A stretch of DNA of 64,000 bases from Desulfobaccales bacterium (GTDB taxonomy: Bacteria; Desulfobacterota; Desulfobaccia; Desulfobaccales; 0-14-0-80-60-11), in the NCBI GenBank assembly GCA_049580385.1, contig JBAUPV010000006.1, positions 64,529-128,528 of the forward strand, written 5' to 3'. Positions 16,372 to 25,364 of this stretch are shown here, in pieces. Each line of letters starts with the position of its first letter. The first letter of the stretch is position 1. The position numbers and the translations under genes were made by a program. Under the pieces are notes generated by a model that saw only the letters and a list, made by a program, of their open reading frames with translations, was not told the DNA's origin and searched no databases.

Positions 16372-17766
16372 TCAGGTTGGTTTGCGGCCGCGGTTTGCGG
16401 TGGGCGTCTTCCGGGGCAGCAGATTGACTAGCAAGTTCAGGGCCGCGACCAGGAGGGCCACGGCAAAGGCCCATTGGTAGGGCCCCAGCCCCGGGTAGGC
16501 TTCCTGCCCCAGGCGGGGCGGCTGGTGCAGTTCCAACCAGCCAAAGACCGTCACCATCAGGGTGATCCCGATCAGGGACCCGAGGTTCTTTAACACCGCA
16601 TTGGTGCTGGCCGCCAGACCCACCAGGGAAGGCCGCAGCCCCCGCAGAATCTCGTTGAGATTCGGGGCCTGGAACAGACCCAGGCCCAGCCCCAGGATGA
16701 CGAACCTGACCGCCAAGCTCAAGGCGGTGTCGCCGGCCCCGGCGAACATCAGGGAGGCCAGGCCGCCCACCATCAGCAGGCAGCCGCTCCTCAGCACCGG
16801 CAGATTTCCCCAGCGGTCCGCCAGGTACCCTCCCACCCCGGCCACTGCGGCGTTGGTCAGGGCTAAAACGCCCAGCAGCAGGCCCGCTTGACCGGGAGAG
16901 TAGTGGAAAACCTGCTCCAAAAAGAAGGGCAGCAGAAAAAAAGTCCCCATTACTGAGGCGAAGGTCAGAACCACCGCCAGCGATCCGGCCACGAAGGGCC
17001 AACTTCTCCACAACTCGCCGTGGAGCAGGGGGAAGGGCTGGCGGCGCTCCAGGAGGATCAGGATCAGGAACAGCCCCAGCCCCAGGGCCAGGAGACCCTC
17101 CGTCCGGCCGTCACCCCAACCCGTTTCCCGCAGCCGGGTCAGGGCCAGGACCAATGATCCCAAGGCTAGTGGCAAGAGCAGAGAGCCCCAGAGATCCAAG
17201 GCCCGCCGGTTCCAGGCCATCTGGGAGCGGAGCCTTCCCAGGGAGATCCCGCCCACCAGCAATGTCAGGGCGCAGATGGGAATATTGAGGAAAAAGATAT
17301 AGGGCCAGCCCAGCCAGGAGGTGATGAGTCCGCCCACCGGGGCGCCCACGCTGATGCCCGCGGCAAAGGCGGTGGAAAACAGGCCTAGGGGCAGCCCCCG
17401 CTCCCCTTCGCCAAAGGTCATGGCGATGAGCTTGGGGGCCAGGCCCAGCATCAGGGCGGCCCCCAGCGCCTGGCAGCAGCGGGCCGCCACCAGGCGGGTA
17501 AGGTCGGGGGCCAGGCCGCAGAGAGCCGACGATCCGGTAAAAACCAGCAGCCCCAGAAGAAAGAGGCGCCCCGGGGCCAACAGGTCGCCCAAACGGCCGC
17601 TGATCAGGAGCAGGGAGACCTGGACCAGGAGATAGGCCACCATGACCCAGGAGATTTGCGAAAGCGAGCTGCCGAAGCTCCGGGCTATCTGAGGTAGGGC
17701 GATGTTGACGATGCTGGTGTCCAGGGTGGCCATGAAGGCCCCCAGGCAGGCGGTGCCGAGGATCAA
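16372..17766 (-). CDS. MFS transporter, DHA2 (EmrB/QacA-like, 14-TM) family
   Basis: LDTSIVNIALPQIA is the DHA2 N-terminal signature. About 14 hydrophobic segments. Confidence 0.85.
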   Translation of the reverse strand: MILGTACLGAFMATLDTSIVNIALPQIARSFGSSLSQISWVMVAYLLVQVSLLLISGRLGDLLAPGRLFLLGLLVFTGSSALCGLAPDLTRLVAARCCQALGAALMLGLAPKLIAMTFGEGERGLPLGLFSTAFAAGISVGAPVGGLITSWLGWPYIFFLNIPICALTLLVGGISLGRLRSQMAWNRRALDLWGSLLLPLALGSLVLALTRLRETGWGDGRTEGLLALGLGLFLILILLERRQPFPLLHGELWRSWPFVAGSLAVVLTFASVMGTFFLLPFFLEQVFHYSPGQAGLLLGVLALTNAAVAGVGGYLADRWGNLPVLRSGCLLMVGGLASLMFAGAGDTALSLAVRFVILGLGLGLFQAPNLNEILRGLRPSLVGLAASTNAVLKNLGSLIGITLMVTVFGWLELHQPPRLGQEAYPGLGPYQWAFAVALLVAALNLLVNLLPRKTPTANRGRKPT

Positions 17767-17886
17767 ACGCCGCCGGGGAGGCGGGTCAGCGGGATTGGCC
17801 GCCGTTGACGGCTTGCCAGATCGCCGGTTTATAGGTCACCACCCCGAAAATCCAGGTTCAGATAGTTGGGCATAGCCCCGATAATT

Positions 17887-18000
17887 GGCGGCCACAGGCC
17901 GCCCTAACAAACTGGTTATATGGATATAGGCGCGTCTTAGGCGCCATTAATGGTGCGTGAGACGCACCCTACGGGGCGGCGGCCATGGGCCGCCAGGGTG
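17887..18000. repeat. mosaic GC-rich hairpin repeat cluster
   Basis: ggcggccacaggccgccct; ggcgcgtcttaggcgcc; ggtgcgtgagacgcacc; ggcggccatgggccgcc. Confidence 0.75.
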
Positions 18001-18030
18001 GTGAGCGCAACACCTGGATGCTCAAATTTG

Positions 18031-18058
18031 CTTTTTTACTTTTTACTTTTTACTTTTG
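18031..18058. repeat. heptamer tandem array TTTTTAC x about 4
   Basis: cttttttactttttactttttactttt, immediately 3' of the dnaB stop. Confidence 0.85.
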
Positions 18059-18064
18059 CCTTTC

Positions 18065-19468
18065 TCAATACCCCGCCGGGGCCTCTTCCCGCTCAAAGGC
18101 GCCGAAGGTGGTGTATTTGGCCCGAAAGTTGAGCTTGATCTTGCCGGTGGGGCCGTTCCGCTGCTTGCCGATAATAACCTCCGCGGTGCCCTGGTCCGGG
18201 GAGTCTTCCCGGTAGACTTCGTCCCGGTAGATGAAGAGGACCACGTCGGCATCCTGCTCGATGGCCCCGGATTCACGCAAGTCCGCCAGTTGCGGCCGCT
18301 TGTTGGGCCGATCCTCCACCTTGCGGTTAAGCTGGGAGAGCACGATGACCGGCACCTTCAGCTCCTTGGCCAGGGCCTTCAACGACCGGGAAATCTCCGA
18401 GATCTCCTGCTCCCGGCTGTGCACGTCGGCCCGGCCGCGCATGAGCTGCAGGTAGTCGATGATCAGCATATGCAGTTTGCCGTCCGCCTTGAGCCTACGG
18501 GCCTTGGCCCGGATGTCGAGAACGGTGGCCGCCGGGGTGTCGTCGATGTAGATGGGGCAATCGAGGAGATTACCCGCAGCGGTCTGTAGGTTGGCCCATT
18601 CCATGGTGCTCAGGAAGGCCCGGCGCAGGTTGGAGGCGTCCACCTCGCCGACGCTGGAGAGCAGCCGCCGCACCAACTGCTCCCTGGACATCTCCAGGGA
18701 GAAGAAGGCCACATGCTTCTGAGGCTTGTAGGCGGCGTTGTAGGCGATGTTCAGGGCCAGGGCGGTCTTGCCCATGCTGGGGCGGGCGGCGATGATAATC
18801 AGGTCGCTGTCCTGGAAGCCCGCGGTGAGGTGGTCCAGGTCTTTGAAGCCACTTTCCACCCCGGTGATCCGGCTAATATCCCGGTGCCAGATGGCCTCCA
18901 GATTGGAGATCTCCTTTTCCACCAGGGCTGACAAGGGCTGGAAGCCCAGGCGCACCTTGGACTCGGCCACCTCGAAGATCTTCTGCTCGGCGGCGTCCAG
19001 AAACTCGGCGACATCCTCCACCGGTCCAAAACAGGCGCCGGCGATCTCCTGGGTGGTGTCCAGCAGGCGGCGCAACACCGCCTTGTCGTGCACCAGGCCG
19101 GCATAATAGTCGGCGTTGGTGGCGAATCCCACCTGCTCGCTCAGACCCGCCAGGAAGACCGGCCCCCCCACTCCTTCCAACTGCCCCCGTTCAGCCAGGA
19201 GGGCGCTGACGGTCACCAGGTCCACCGGATCACCCCGGCCGTAGAGATCCAGCATGGCCTGAAAGATTCTGCCGTGGGCCTCCCGGTAAAAGTCGCCGGC
19301 CCCGATCAGATCGGCCACCCGGTCCAGCACCTCCGGCCGCACCAGGATGGCCCCCAGGACCGATTGCTCCGCCTCGGCACTGGCCGGAGGGGTAAAGCCG
19401 CCGGGGTGGGCGGCTGCCGCCGGGGCCGCGGCCATTCGTTGGGCGTTGCGCCGAAGGCTTCCAGGCAT
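18065..19468 (-). CDS. dnaB: replicative DNA helicase DnaB
   Basis: PPASAEAEQSVLGAIL..., Walker A ARPSMGKT, and IIDYLQLM...SRSLKALAKELKVPVIVLSQLNR. Confidence 0.95.
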   Translation of the reverse strand: MPGSLRRNAQRMAAAPAAAAHPGGFTPPASAEAEQSVLGAILVRPEVLDRVADLIGAGDFYREAHGRIFQAMLDLYGRGDPVDLVTVSALLAERGQLEGVGGPVFLAGLSEQVGFATNADYYAGLVHDKAVLRRLLDTTQEIAGACFGPVEDVAEFLDAAEQKIFEVAESKVRLGFQPLSALVEKEISNLEAIWHRDISRITGVESGFKDLDHLTAGFQDSDLIIIAARPSMGKTALALNIAYNAAYKPQKHVAFFSLEMSREQLVRRLLSSVGEVDASNLRRAFLSTMEWANLQTAAGNLLDCPIYIDDTPAATVLDIRAKARRLKADGKLHMLIIDYLQLMRGRADVHSREQEISEISRSLKALAKELKVPVIVLSQLNRKVEDRPNKRPQLADLRESGAIEQDADVVLFIYRDEVYREDSPDQGTAEVIIGKQRNGPTGKIKLNFRAKYTTFGAFEREEAPAGY

Positions 19469-19690
19469 GGTGGCTCTCCAGGGTGCAAGAAGGGTTCTCT
19501 GCTGATAACTATCTGAATTACAAAGATAATTAATCGGTCAGTTACAGGGGTGCTCTGTTGGCATCATACCGAAAACCCGGCTGGATTGCAAATGGGGGAT
19601 GGCGTTACCTTGAAGTTTTTTGTTAGAGGAAGGAAGGTTAAAGGTTTGGAATCAGGTTAACGTTCTACAAAAAATTGAGTGATCTTCCCA

Positions 19691-19800
19691 GGGCGCACAG
19701 GCGAGACGCCTGGGCCACCAGGGGGAAATTAACTGTAGCCGCAGGCTTGAGCCTGCGCAAGCTAAACTTGCGGCTACCAAAGGCTAAAGCCTGCGGCTAC
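19691..19800. repeat. mosaic GC-rich hairpin repeat cluster
   Basis: gggcgcacaggcgagacgcctgggccacc, then gtagccgcaggcttgagcctgcgcaagctaaacttgcggctaccaaaggctaaagcctgcggctac. Confidence 0.8.
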
Positions 19801-19838
19801 CTTGGAAAGGCAATCTAGTTAAGGTCCTGATTAAAAAG

Positions 19839-20288
19839 CTATTCTGCCTCGGCCACCACGGCCACGGTGATTTCGGTCTTGACTTCCGGGGCCAGGCGGA
19901 CGGGGACCTGGTAGCTGCCCAGCTTTTTAATAGGCTCCGGCAGGTCCAATTGCCTGCGGTCGATATTGAAGCCTTGGGCCTCCAGCGCCGTGATGATCAT
20001 GGCCGCGGTCACCGACCCGTAAAGGCGCTCTCCCTCTCCCACCCGCTGGGCAATGGTGACGCTCACCCCTTCCAGTTGGGCGAGATTGGCCAAAGCGGAT
20101 TCCTGCTCCTTGGCCCGGAGTTCGGCATAGCGGGCTTTAACCTGTTCCACCTGGGCCAGGTTGCCCCGGGTGGCTTCCAGGGCCAGACCCTGGGGAATCA
20201 GGTAATTTCTGGCATAGCCCCGGGCCACCTCCACCACGGAGCCAATTTCACCCAGGGCGACAACGTCTTTCGTCAGAATGACTTTCAA
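19839..20288 (-). CDS. rplI: 50S ribosomal protein L9
   Basis: (M)KVILTKDVVALGEIGSVVEVARGYARNYLIPQGLA. TTG start at 20288 with GGAGGAGG 8 nt upstream. The longer track ORF (to 20483) has a non-L9 N-terminus. Confidence 0.85.
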   Translation of the reverse strand: MKVILTKDVVALGEIGSVVEVARGYARNYLIPQGLALEATRGNLAQVEQVKARYAELRAKEQESALANLAQLEGVSVTIAQRVGEGERLYGSVTAAMIITALEAQGFNIDRRQLDLPEPIKKLGSYQVPVRLAPEVKTEITVAVVAEAE

Positions 20289-21250
20289 CTCTCGATACCT
20301 CCTCCGGCATCCCCGGGTTGCCGGTGCAAGCGGCGAAAATCGAACCAGAGGTCCAGCACTCCCAGGATGATAATCAAAAAAAAGAGCGGGTTTAAAAACA
20401 GCAGGCCGTAGCCGACGATCCGCAGGACCAAGGGCAGCCTCAGACGGTGAAACCAGCCGGCCATCACCCCCAAACCCTGGCAAAAATAGAGGACCGACGT
20501 GACCAGCAACAGGTTGAGGCTAAGTGTTCGCAGCGCCGCCACGGGAACCAACAGCAAAAAGCCGGCGCCCAGGGCCACGAAGATGAGCCATTCGGGCAAG
20601 GCCCAATAATAAAGGGGCGGCGCCGGCTTCTGGCCACCCCACATCCAGGCCAATTGCCGGGCCAACACCACGTTGAGCCAGGCCACGAGGCCGGTATTGG
20701 TGACCACCAGGGCCGGCAGCAGCCGTTTTAGGAAGGCTTCCAGCTCACCCGGGGAAATCCCCCCCGTTAGCGCCCCCCCGGAGGCGGCACCGCCTCCCCC
20801 CAGCACCTCATGCACCGACTTCATGATATCGGCGCCCCGCTGGGCCAGGAGAACCTGGGGGCTCACCCCCTGATAAGCGGCCTGTCCCAGCAATAAGAGC
20901 AGGGCCAGGCAGCTCAGGATCAGCACCGTGAGCAGGATGGCCCCGGGGGCGGACACGCCCCGGTGTTGCAGGGCGCTCAACAAGAAGCCCATGAGCAGCA
21001 GGCTCAAGAAGCTGAGATTCGTCCAGAGGGTTGCCAACCCGGGATTCAAGGCCAGGACAGCGACGACGCCGCCCAGGACCAGCAGCAAGGCTTCCCGGTC
21101 CGCCAGGCGCCAGCCTGCCAGCAGCACCGGCAGGGGCGCCAGGAGGCCCGCCAGCAGATAGCCCATGGGGTGCAGGTGCGCCCCGATTAAGAGCAGCAGC
21201 AGGAAGCTTAAACAGGCGAACCAAATGGAGAGGCGGCCTCCGGGTAACAA
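20285..21250 (-). CDS. DUF2232-like polytopic membrane protein (rpsR-rplI linked)
   Basis: Multi-TM protein in the conserved slot between S18 and L9. Its stop overlaps the rplI TTG start (TTGA). Confidence 0.55.
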   Translation of the reverse strand: MLPGGRLSIWFACLSFLLLLLIGAHLHPMGYLLAGLLAPLPVLLAGWRLADREALLLVLGGVVAVLALNPGLATLWTNLSFLSLLLMGFLLSALQHRGVSAPGAILLTVLILSCLALLLLLGQAAYQGVSPQVLLAQRGADIMKSVHEVLGGGGAASGGALTGGISPGELEAFLKRLLPALVVTNTGLVAWLNVVLARQLAWMWGGQKPAPPLYYWALPEWLIFVALGAGFLLLVPVAALRTLSLNLLLVTSVLYFCQGLGVMAGWFHRLRLPLVLRIVGYGLLFLNPLFFLIIILGVLDLWFDFRRLHRQPGDAGGGIES

Positions 21251-21266
21251 GGCTCTGCTCCAGCCA

Positions 21267-21524
21267 TCATGCTGGCGGCGCTATGGGAACGTACGGAATC
21301 AGGGCCAGCAGCCGGGCTTGCTTGATGGCCCTGGTGAGCCGGCGCTGGTGGCGGGCGCAATTTCCCGAAATCCGCCGGGGAATGATCTTGCCCCTCTCCG
21401 TGACAAATTGCCTCATGGTGTTGAAATCTTTATAGTCGATGGGCAGGTTGGCGTCCACGCAAAAGCGGCAAACCTTGCGCCTGACATAAAACTGTTTCCG
21501 TTTGCGGCGAGGCATTACCGGCAT
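21267..21524 (-). CDS. rpsR: 30S ribosomal protein S18
   Basis: [57 protein letters not shown]. Confidence 0.95.
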   Translation of the reverse strand: MPVMPRRKRKQFYVRRKVCRFCVDANLPIDYKDFNTMRQFVTERGKIIPRRISGNCARHQRRLTRAIKQARLLALIPYVPIAPPA

Positions 21525-21527
21525 GGC

Positions 21528-21995
21528 TTAGTCCTCCTGTCCCTGGGGGGCGGCTTCGGCTTCCACCTCGGAAACGGGCGCCGCCACAGCCTCAACTTCA
21601 GCTGCGGCCTCCGGGGCCCGCTCCTCGGGTTCAGTCTGCGGGACCGGGGCCGCCGCCACCGCCTTGACTGCGGCGGCGATTTCCTCCTGCAGGGCCTCCA
21701 GGTTCACTTTTTCAGATTTCTTGGCGGTGTGAGAGCGGATGAGGCGGTCGTCGATGCGGTAGTTACGCTCCAGTTCCTTAACGGTGGCCGGCGTGCCGGC
21801 GTAGTCCACCACAACGTAGTAACCCCGGGTAACCCCCTGGATCCGGTAGGACAGCTTCTTGCGGCCCCATTCCTCCAGGCGCACCAGGGTGCCTCCCTGG
21901 GTGGAGATGATCCGGCTGAACTTGTCGATGGTACCCTTAATCTCTTCGTCCGGGAGGTCGCCGTTCACCACCCAGACCGACTCATAGCGGCGCAT
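21528..21995 (-). CDS. rpsF: 30S ribosomal protein S6 (with an acidic/Ala-rich C-terminal tail)
   Basis: MRRYESVWVVNGDLPDEEIKGTIDKFSRIISTQGGTLVRLEEWGRKKLSYRIQ. Confidence 0.95.
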   Translation of the reverse strand: MRRYESVWVVNGDLPDEEIKGTIDKFSRIISTQGGTLVRLEEWGRKKLSYRIQGVTRGYYVVVDYAGTPATVKELERNYRIDDRLIRSHTAKKSEKVNLEALQEEIAAAVKAVAAAPVPQTEPEERAPEAAAEVEAVAAPVSEVEAEAAPQGQED

Positions 21996-22058
21996 TCTTC
22001 CTCCTTATGGCCTAGTGGCCCTGGCGCCTTCGGCCCAGGGCAAGGAGAGTAAAGTTGA

Positions 22059-22087
22059 AATGTAACAAAAGGCTGAGGTATTGTCAA
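22059..22087 (-). promoter_or_regulatory. candidate sigma70 promoter of the rpsF operon
   Basis: On the minus strand: TTGACA (22087-22082), 17 nt, TACATT (22064-22059). It sits about 65 nt upstream of the rpsF ATG. Confidence 0.5.
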
Positions 22088-22211
22088 CCGGCAGGAAACG
22101 CCAAAATCACTTAAACGACGCACCACCGGGGCGCGCCCCGGAAACCGGCGGGAATCAGGCGGCCGGTGTTGGTTCTCACCAGCCGCCCACTAATGTGGCT
22201 TTCCCAGGATC

Positions 22212-22850
22212 TTACTGGACGGTGAAATAGGCATCCTGCTGGTCGCTGCCGTAGCTGGTGATCACCCGGCTGGTGACGGTATACTGTCCAGCGGCCGCAT
22301 CCTTGGGCAGGACATAGTTCACGGAATCGGTGAAAGTGCCATTGTTATTGCTTACCTTATACTGGTACGGCTGACCCAGCATCTGGCCGCCGAAGTGGAT
22401 TTCCCGCACCAAGGTGACCGAGGTTGGCGTATTGTCAGGGGTCAGGATGGTGTAATTCTCCTGCAGGTTTACCTGCCCGCCAGGCGCTATTACCGAAGGG
22501 TCGACCGATACCCGGTCGATTTTCACCAAGTTGCCCTGAGACGGGTTGTAATTTTGGTTCTGGGCCGCGGCCTGACTGGAGAGCATCTCACTATTACGGT
22601 GTTCGGCATAGAGATAACCTCCCACTCCTCCCACGAGAGCGCCGGTGGCAGCGCCAACCCAGGCGCCGGTGGCGGGATTGCCGGTGGCCGCACCGATGAT
22701 GGAGCCGAGGGCCGCCCCGGTGGCCGCGCCTCCCAGGGTTCCGGCGGCCGCGGACTGTGACGGCGAATAGAACCCGGTTTCATTCATGCAACCCGCCAGC
22801 GCCAGGGGAAAAACGATTATCATTACCAAGGCCAGGATTCTCCGGAACAT
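22212..22850 (-). CDS. lipoprotein with a glycine-zipper domain
   Basis: Lipobox LALAGC. Gly-zipper GGAATGAALGSIIGAATGNPATGAWVGAATGALVGGVGG. The C-terminal domain is beta-rich. Confidence 0.6.
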   Translation of the reverse strand: MFRRILALVMIIVFPLALAGCMNETGFYSPSQSAAAGTLGGAATGAALGSIIGAATGNPATGAWVGAATGALVGGVGGYLYAEHRNSEMLSSQAAAQNQNYNPSQGNLVKIDRVSVDPSVIAPGGQVNLQENYTILTPDNTPTSVTLVREIHFGGQMLGQPYQYKVSNNNGTFTDSVNYVLPKDAAAGQYTVTSRVITSYGSDQQDAYFTVQ

Positions 22851-23003
22851 CTCAACTTCCTCCTTCTACATTACCGGTGGAACCGGTTCAGATTCCTTTC
22901 TAGATACTAAACATGGTAAGTCTTGTTTTCCGGCATGCAAGGTTGCCAGCCAAGACCAAAGGCGGGGATCAATAGGGCCGGACCCATTATTCGCGTCAAT
23001 GTC

Positions 23004-23048
23004 CCCTCACTGCTCACTGCTCACCGCTCACTGCTCACAGCTCACTGC
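23004..23048. repeat. heptamer tandem array TGCTCAC x6
   Basis: cctcac tgctcac tgctcac cgctcac tgctcac agctcac. It overlaps the last codons and the stop of nusB. Confidence 0.85.
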
Positions 23049-23465
23049 CGACTTTTCCCGGTCGCCCATTATCTGGTCCAGGATGCCGTTGACAAAGGCC
23101 CCCGAGTCCTCGGTCCCATAACGTTTGGCCAGCTCGATGGCTTCGTTGATCACCACTTTGGGGGGAATTCTGCGCTCGTAGAGGAGTTCATAGGCTGCCA
23201 GGCGCAAGAGATTGCGGTCCACCGTGGCCATGCGCTCTAAGCGCCAGTGCTCGGAAAAGCGGCGGATGAGGGCGTCCAATTCTTCCCGATGGGAGGCCAC
23301 CCCGGCCGTCAATACCCGCAGATAGGCTGGCACGCCAGGGCCTTCCGGATGAAAATGGCGCCAGAAAAGCTCTAAATCCTCCGGGCGGCCGCTCCGGGCG
23401 AATTCATCGTGATAGAGAAAGTGCAGGGCCCATTCCCGGCAGCGGCTGCGGGAAAAAGCCGGCAA
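23028..23465 (-). CDS. nusB: transcription antitermination factor NusB
   Basis: REWALHFLYHDEF...RMATVDRNLLRLAAYELLY...PPKVVINEAIELAKRYG. It is the last gene of the rib cluster, as in many bacteria. Confidence 0.9.
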   Translation of the reverse strand: MPAFSRSRCREWALHFLYHDEFARSGRPEDLELFWRHFHPEGPGVPAYLRVLTAGVASHREELDALIRRFSEHWRLERMATVDRNLLRLAAYELLYERRIPPKVVINEAIELAKRYGTEDSGAFVNGILDQIMGDREKSAVSCEQ

Positions 23466-23469
23466 GAAA

Positions 23470-23937
23470 TCAGGCCCCCAAGGCCTTCAGCAGATTGGCC
23501 ATCTCGATGGCGGCTGCCGCCGCGGCGAACCCTTTGTTCCCCGCCTTGCTGCCGGCCCGTTCGATGGCCTGCTCCAGGTTGTCGGTGGTGAGAATGCCAA
23601 AGGAGATGGGCACCCCGCTATCCAGGGCCACCTGGGCGATCCCCTTGCTAACTTCCCCGGCCACGTAATCGAAGTGGGGAGTGGAGCCCCGGATCACCGC
23701 GGCCAGGCAAACCACTGCGTCGTGGGCCTTGGCGGCTGCCAGCCGTTTGGCCGTCAGCGGGATTTCCCAGGCCCCCGGTACCCGCACCACCAATAAATCG
23801 GCTTCCGCCACCCCCTGGCGCTGCAGGCAATCCAGGGCCCCTTCCAGCAGGCGCTCGGTAATAAAGGAATTGAAGCGGCTGACCACCAGGGCAAATTTCA
23901 GCCCGGCGCCAATGAGCTTGCCTTCTACCGTACGCAT
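23470..23937 (-). CDS. ribH: 6,7-dimethyl-8-ribityllumazine synthase
   Basis: [21 protein letters not shown]...[10 protein letters not shown]...[22 protein letters not shown]. Confidence 0.95.
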   Translation of the reverse strand: MRTVEGKLIGAGLKFALVVSRFNSFITERLLEGALDCLQRQGVAEADLLVVRVPGAWEIPLTAKRLAAAKAHDAVVCLAAVIRGSTPHFDYVAGEVSKGIAQVALDSGVPISFGILTTDNLEQAIERAGSKAGNKGFAAAAAAIEMANLLKALGA

Positions 23938-24047
23938 CCTTCCCCCTTCTGAGTTCCTCAGTTTGAGTTTTTGCCGTTTTTCCGGTTCCGAAGCCCCCTC
24001 TCAGGAGAGAGGCAGCGTCTGCTGCCGGCTAATCTTGAAACCTGGCC

Positions 24048-25256
24048 CTAATTTTCCACCAGTTTCAACAGGTGGCCCATCTTCTGGCACTTGGTCTTGA
24101 GATAGTTGCGATTCATCCGGTTGGGAGGAATCTCCAGCGGCACCCGCTCCACCATCTTGAGGCCGTAGCCCTCCAGACCGATGATCTTCTTGGGATTGTT
24201 AGTCATCAGGCGCATCTGGCGGACTCCCAGGTCCCGCAAGATCTGGGCCCCGATGCCGTAATCCCGCAGGTCCGCCTTAAAACCCAGGGCTTCGTTGGCT
24301 TCCACCGTATCGGCGCCCTGGTCCTGCAATTCGTAAGCCCGCAGCTTGTTGACCAAGCCGATGCCCCTGCCCTCCTGATGCATGTACAGGATGACGCCTT
24401 TGCCTTCGCACTCCACCATTTGCATGGCGGCTTCCAGTTGGTCGCCACAGTCACAGCGCAGGGAATGGAAGACGTCGCCGGTGACGCATTCGGAATGGAC
24501 CCGCACCAGCACCGGCTGGTCCGGAACGATCTCCCCCTTCACCAGGGCCACGTGCTGGTTGTCATCCACGTCGTTGTCATAGGCAATGGCGGTGAATTCC
24601 CCATAATAGGTGGGAAGTTTGACGCTGGCCCGGCGGTGTACAAAGGATTCGTGCCGCAGCCGGTATGCCACCAAGTCGGCAATGGTGGCGATCTTCAGAC
24701 GATGCTCCTGGGCAAACTTCTCCAGATCCGGCATCCGGGCCATGGTGCCGTCATCTTTCATAACCTCGCAGATCACCGCGGCGCCCTTCAGCCCCGAGAG
24801 GCGGGTCAGGTCCACGGAGCCCTCGGTCTGGCCCGTGCGCACCAGGACCCCGCCCCTCCGGGCCCGGATGGGAAAAACGTGCCCGGGGCTTACCAGGTCT
24901 TCGGGACGGGTGTGGTCCGCCACCGCAGTGAGGACGGTGGTGGCCCGATCCGCCGCCGAGATGCCCGTGGTCACCCCGCGCCGGGCCTCGATGGAGACGC
25001 AGAAGGCCGTCTTGAAGCCCGACTGGTTGTCCCGCACCATTTGGGGCAATTTCAGGCGCTCCACCAGGTCAGCCTCCAGGGCCAGGCAAACGAGCCCCCG
25101 TCCGAAGCGGGCCATGAAATTGATGGCCTCCGGAGTCACCAGCTCCGCGGCCATGGTGAGGTCGCCCTCGTTTTCCCGGTCTTCGTCATCCACCAGGATG
25201 ATCATCTTGCCCTGGCGGAGGTCTTGCATGACTTCTTCAATGGGTGTTAACGCCAT
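24048..25256 (-). CDS. ribBA: bifunctional 3,4-dihydroxy-2-butanone-4-phosphate synthase / GTP cyclohydrolase II
   Basis: VDDEDRENEGDL (RibB) and VRVHSECVTGDVFHSLRCDCGDQL (RibA). Confidence 0.95.
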   Translation of the reverse strand: MALTPIEEVMQDLRQGKMIILVDDEDRENEGDLTMAAELVTPEAINFMARFGRGLVCLALEADLVERLKLPQMVRDNQSGFKTAFCVSIEARRGVTTGISAADRATTVLTAVADHTRPEDLVSPGHVFPIRARRGGVLVRTGQTEGSVDLTRLSGLKGAAVICEVMKDDGTMARMPDLEKFAQEHRLKIATIADLVAYRLRHESFVHRRASVKLPTYYGEFTAIAYDNDVDDNQHVALVKGEIVPDQPVLVRVHSECVTGDVFHSLRCDCGDQLEAAMQMVECEGKGVILYMHQEGRGIGLVNKLRAYELQDQGADTVEANEALGFKADLRDYGIGAQILRDLGVRQMRLMTNNPKKIIGLEGYGLKMVERVPLEIPPNRMNRNYLKTKCQKMGHLLKLVEN

Positions 25257-25279
25257 TACTTTAGGGTCCTGTTTTTTTT

Positions 25280-25346
25280 AGTAGTCAGTAGTCAGTAGTC
25301 AGTAAAAGCCATTGTTGTCTTAACTGGCTACTGGCTACTGGCTACT
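25280..25346. repeat. inverted pair of heptamer arrays (GTAGTCA x3 / GGCTACT x3)
   Basis: agtagtcagtagtcagtagtcagta ... actggctactggctactggctact. The arms are complementary except for one T/G position per unit. Confidence 0.85.
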
Positions 25347-25364
25347 TTCTTTAAGCTCACTGTA

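Noticed and set aside
16325-17011. 228-aa minus-strand ORF overlapping the MFS transporter in another frame
   Set aside because: It is an alternative frame of a convincing 14-TM transporter gene, with an Arg/Gly/Pro-rich composition. Its 3' end is simply the hairpin-repeat cluster.
24072-25250. 392-aa ORF on the plus strand covering all of ribBA
   Set aside because: It is antisense to a gene with unmistakable RibB and RibA motifs. The translation is low-complexity (H/G/A/P/V-rich) with no motif. This is the typical shadow ORF of GC-rich DNA. The same reasoning applies to 4176..4865, 21165..22052, 26056..26757, 28565..29566, 42945..43901, 43954..45237, 47887..48846, 48960..50090, 54508..55884, 56330..57121, 61423..62250 and 62362..63213.
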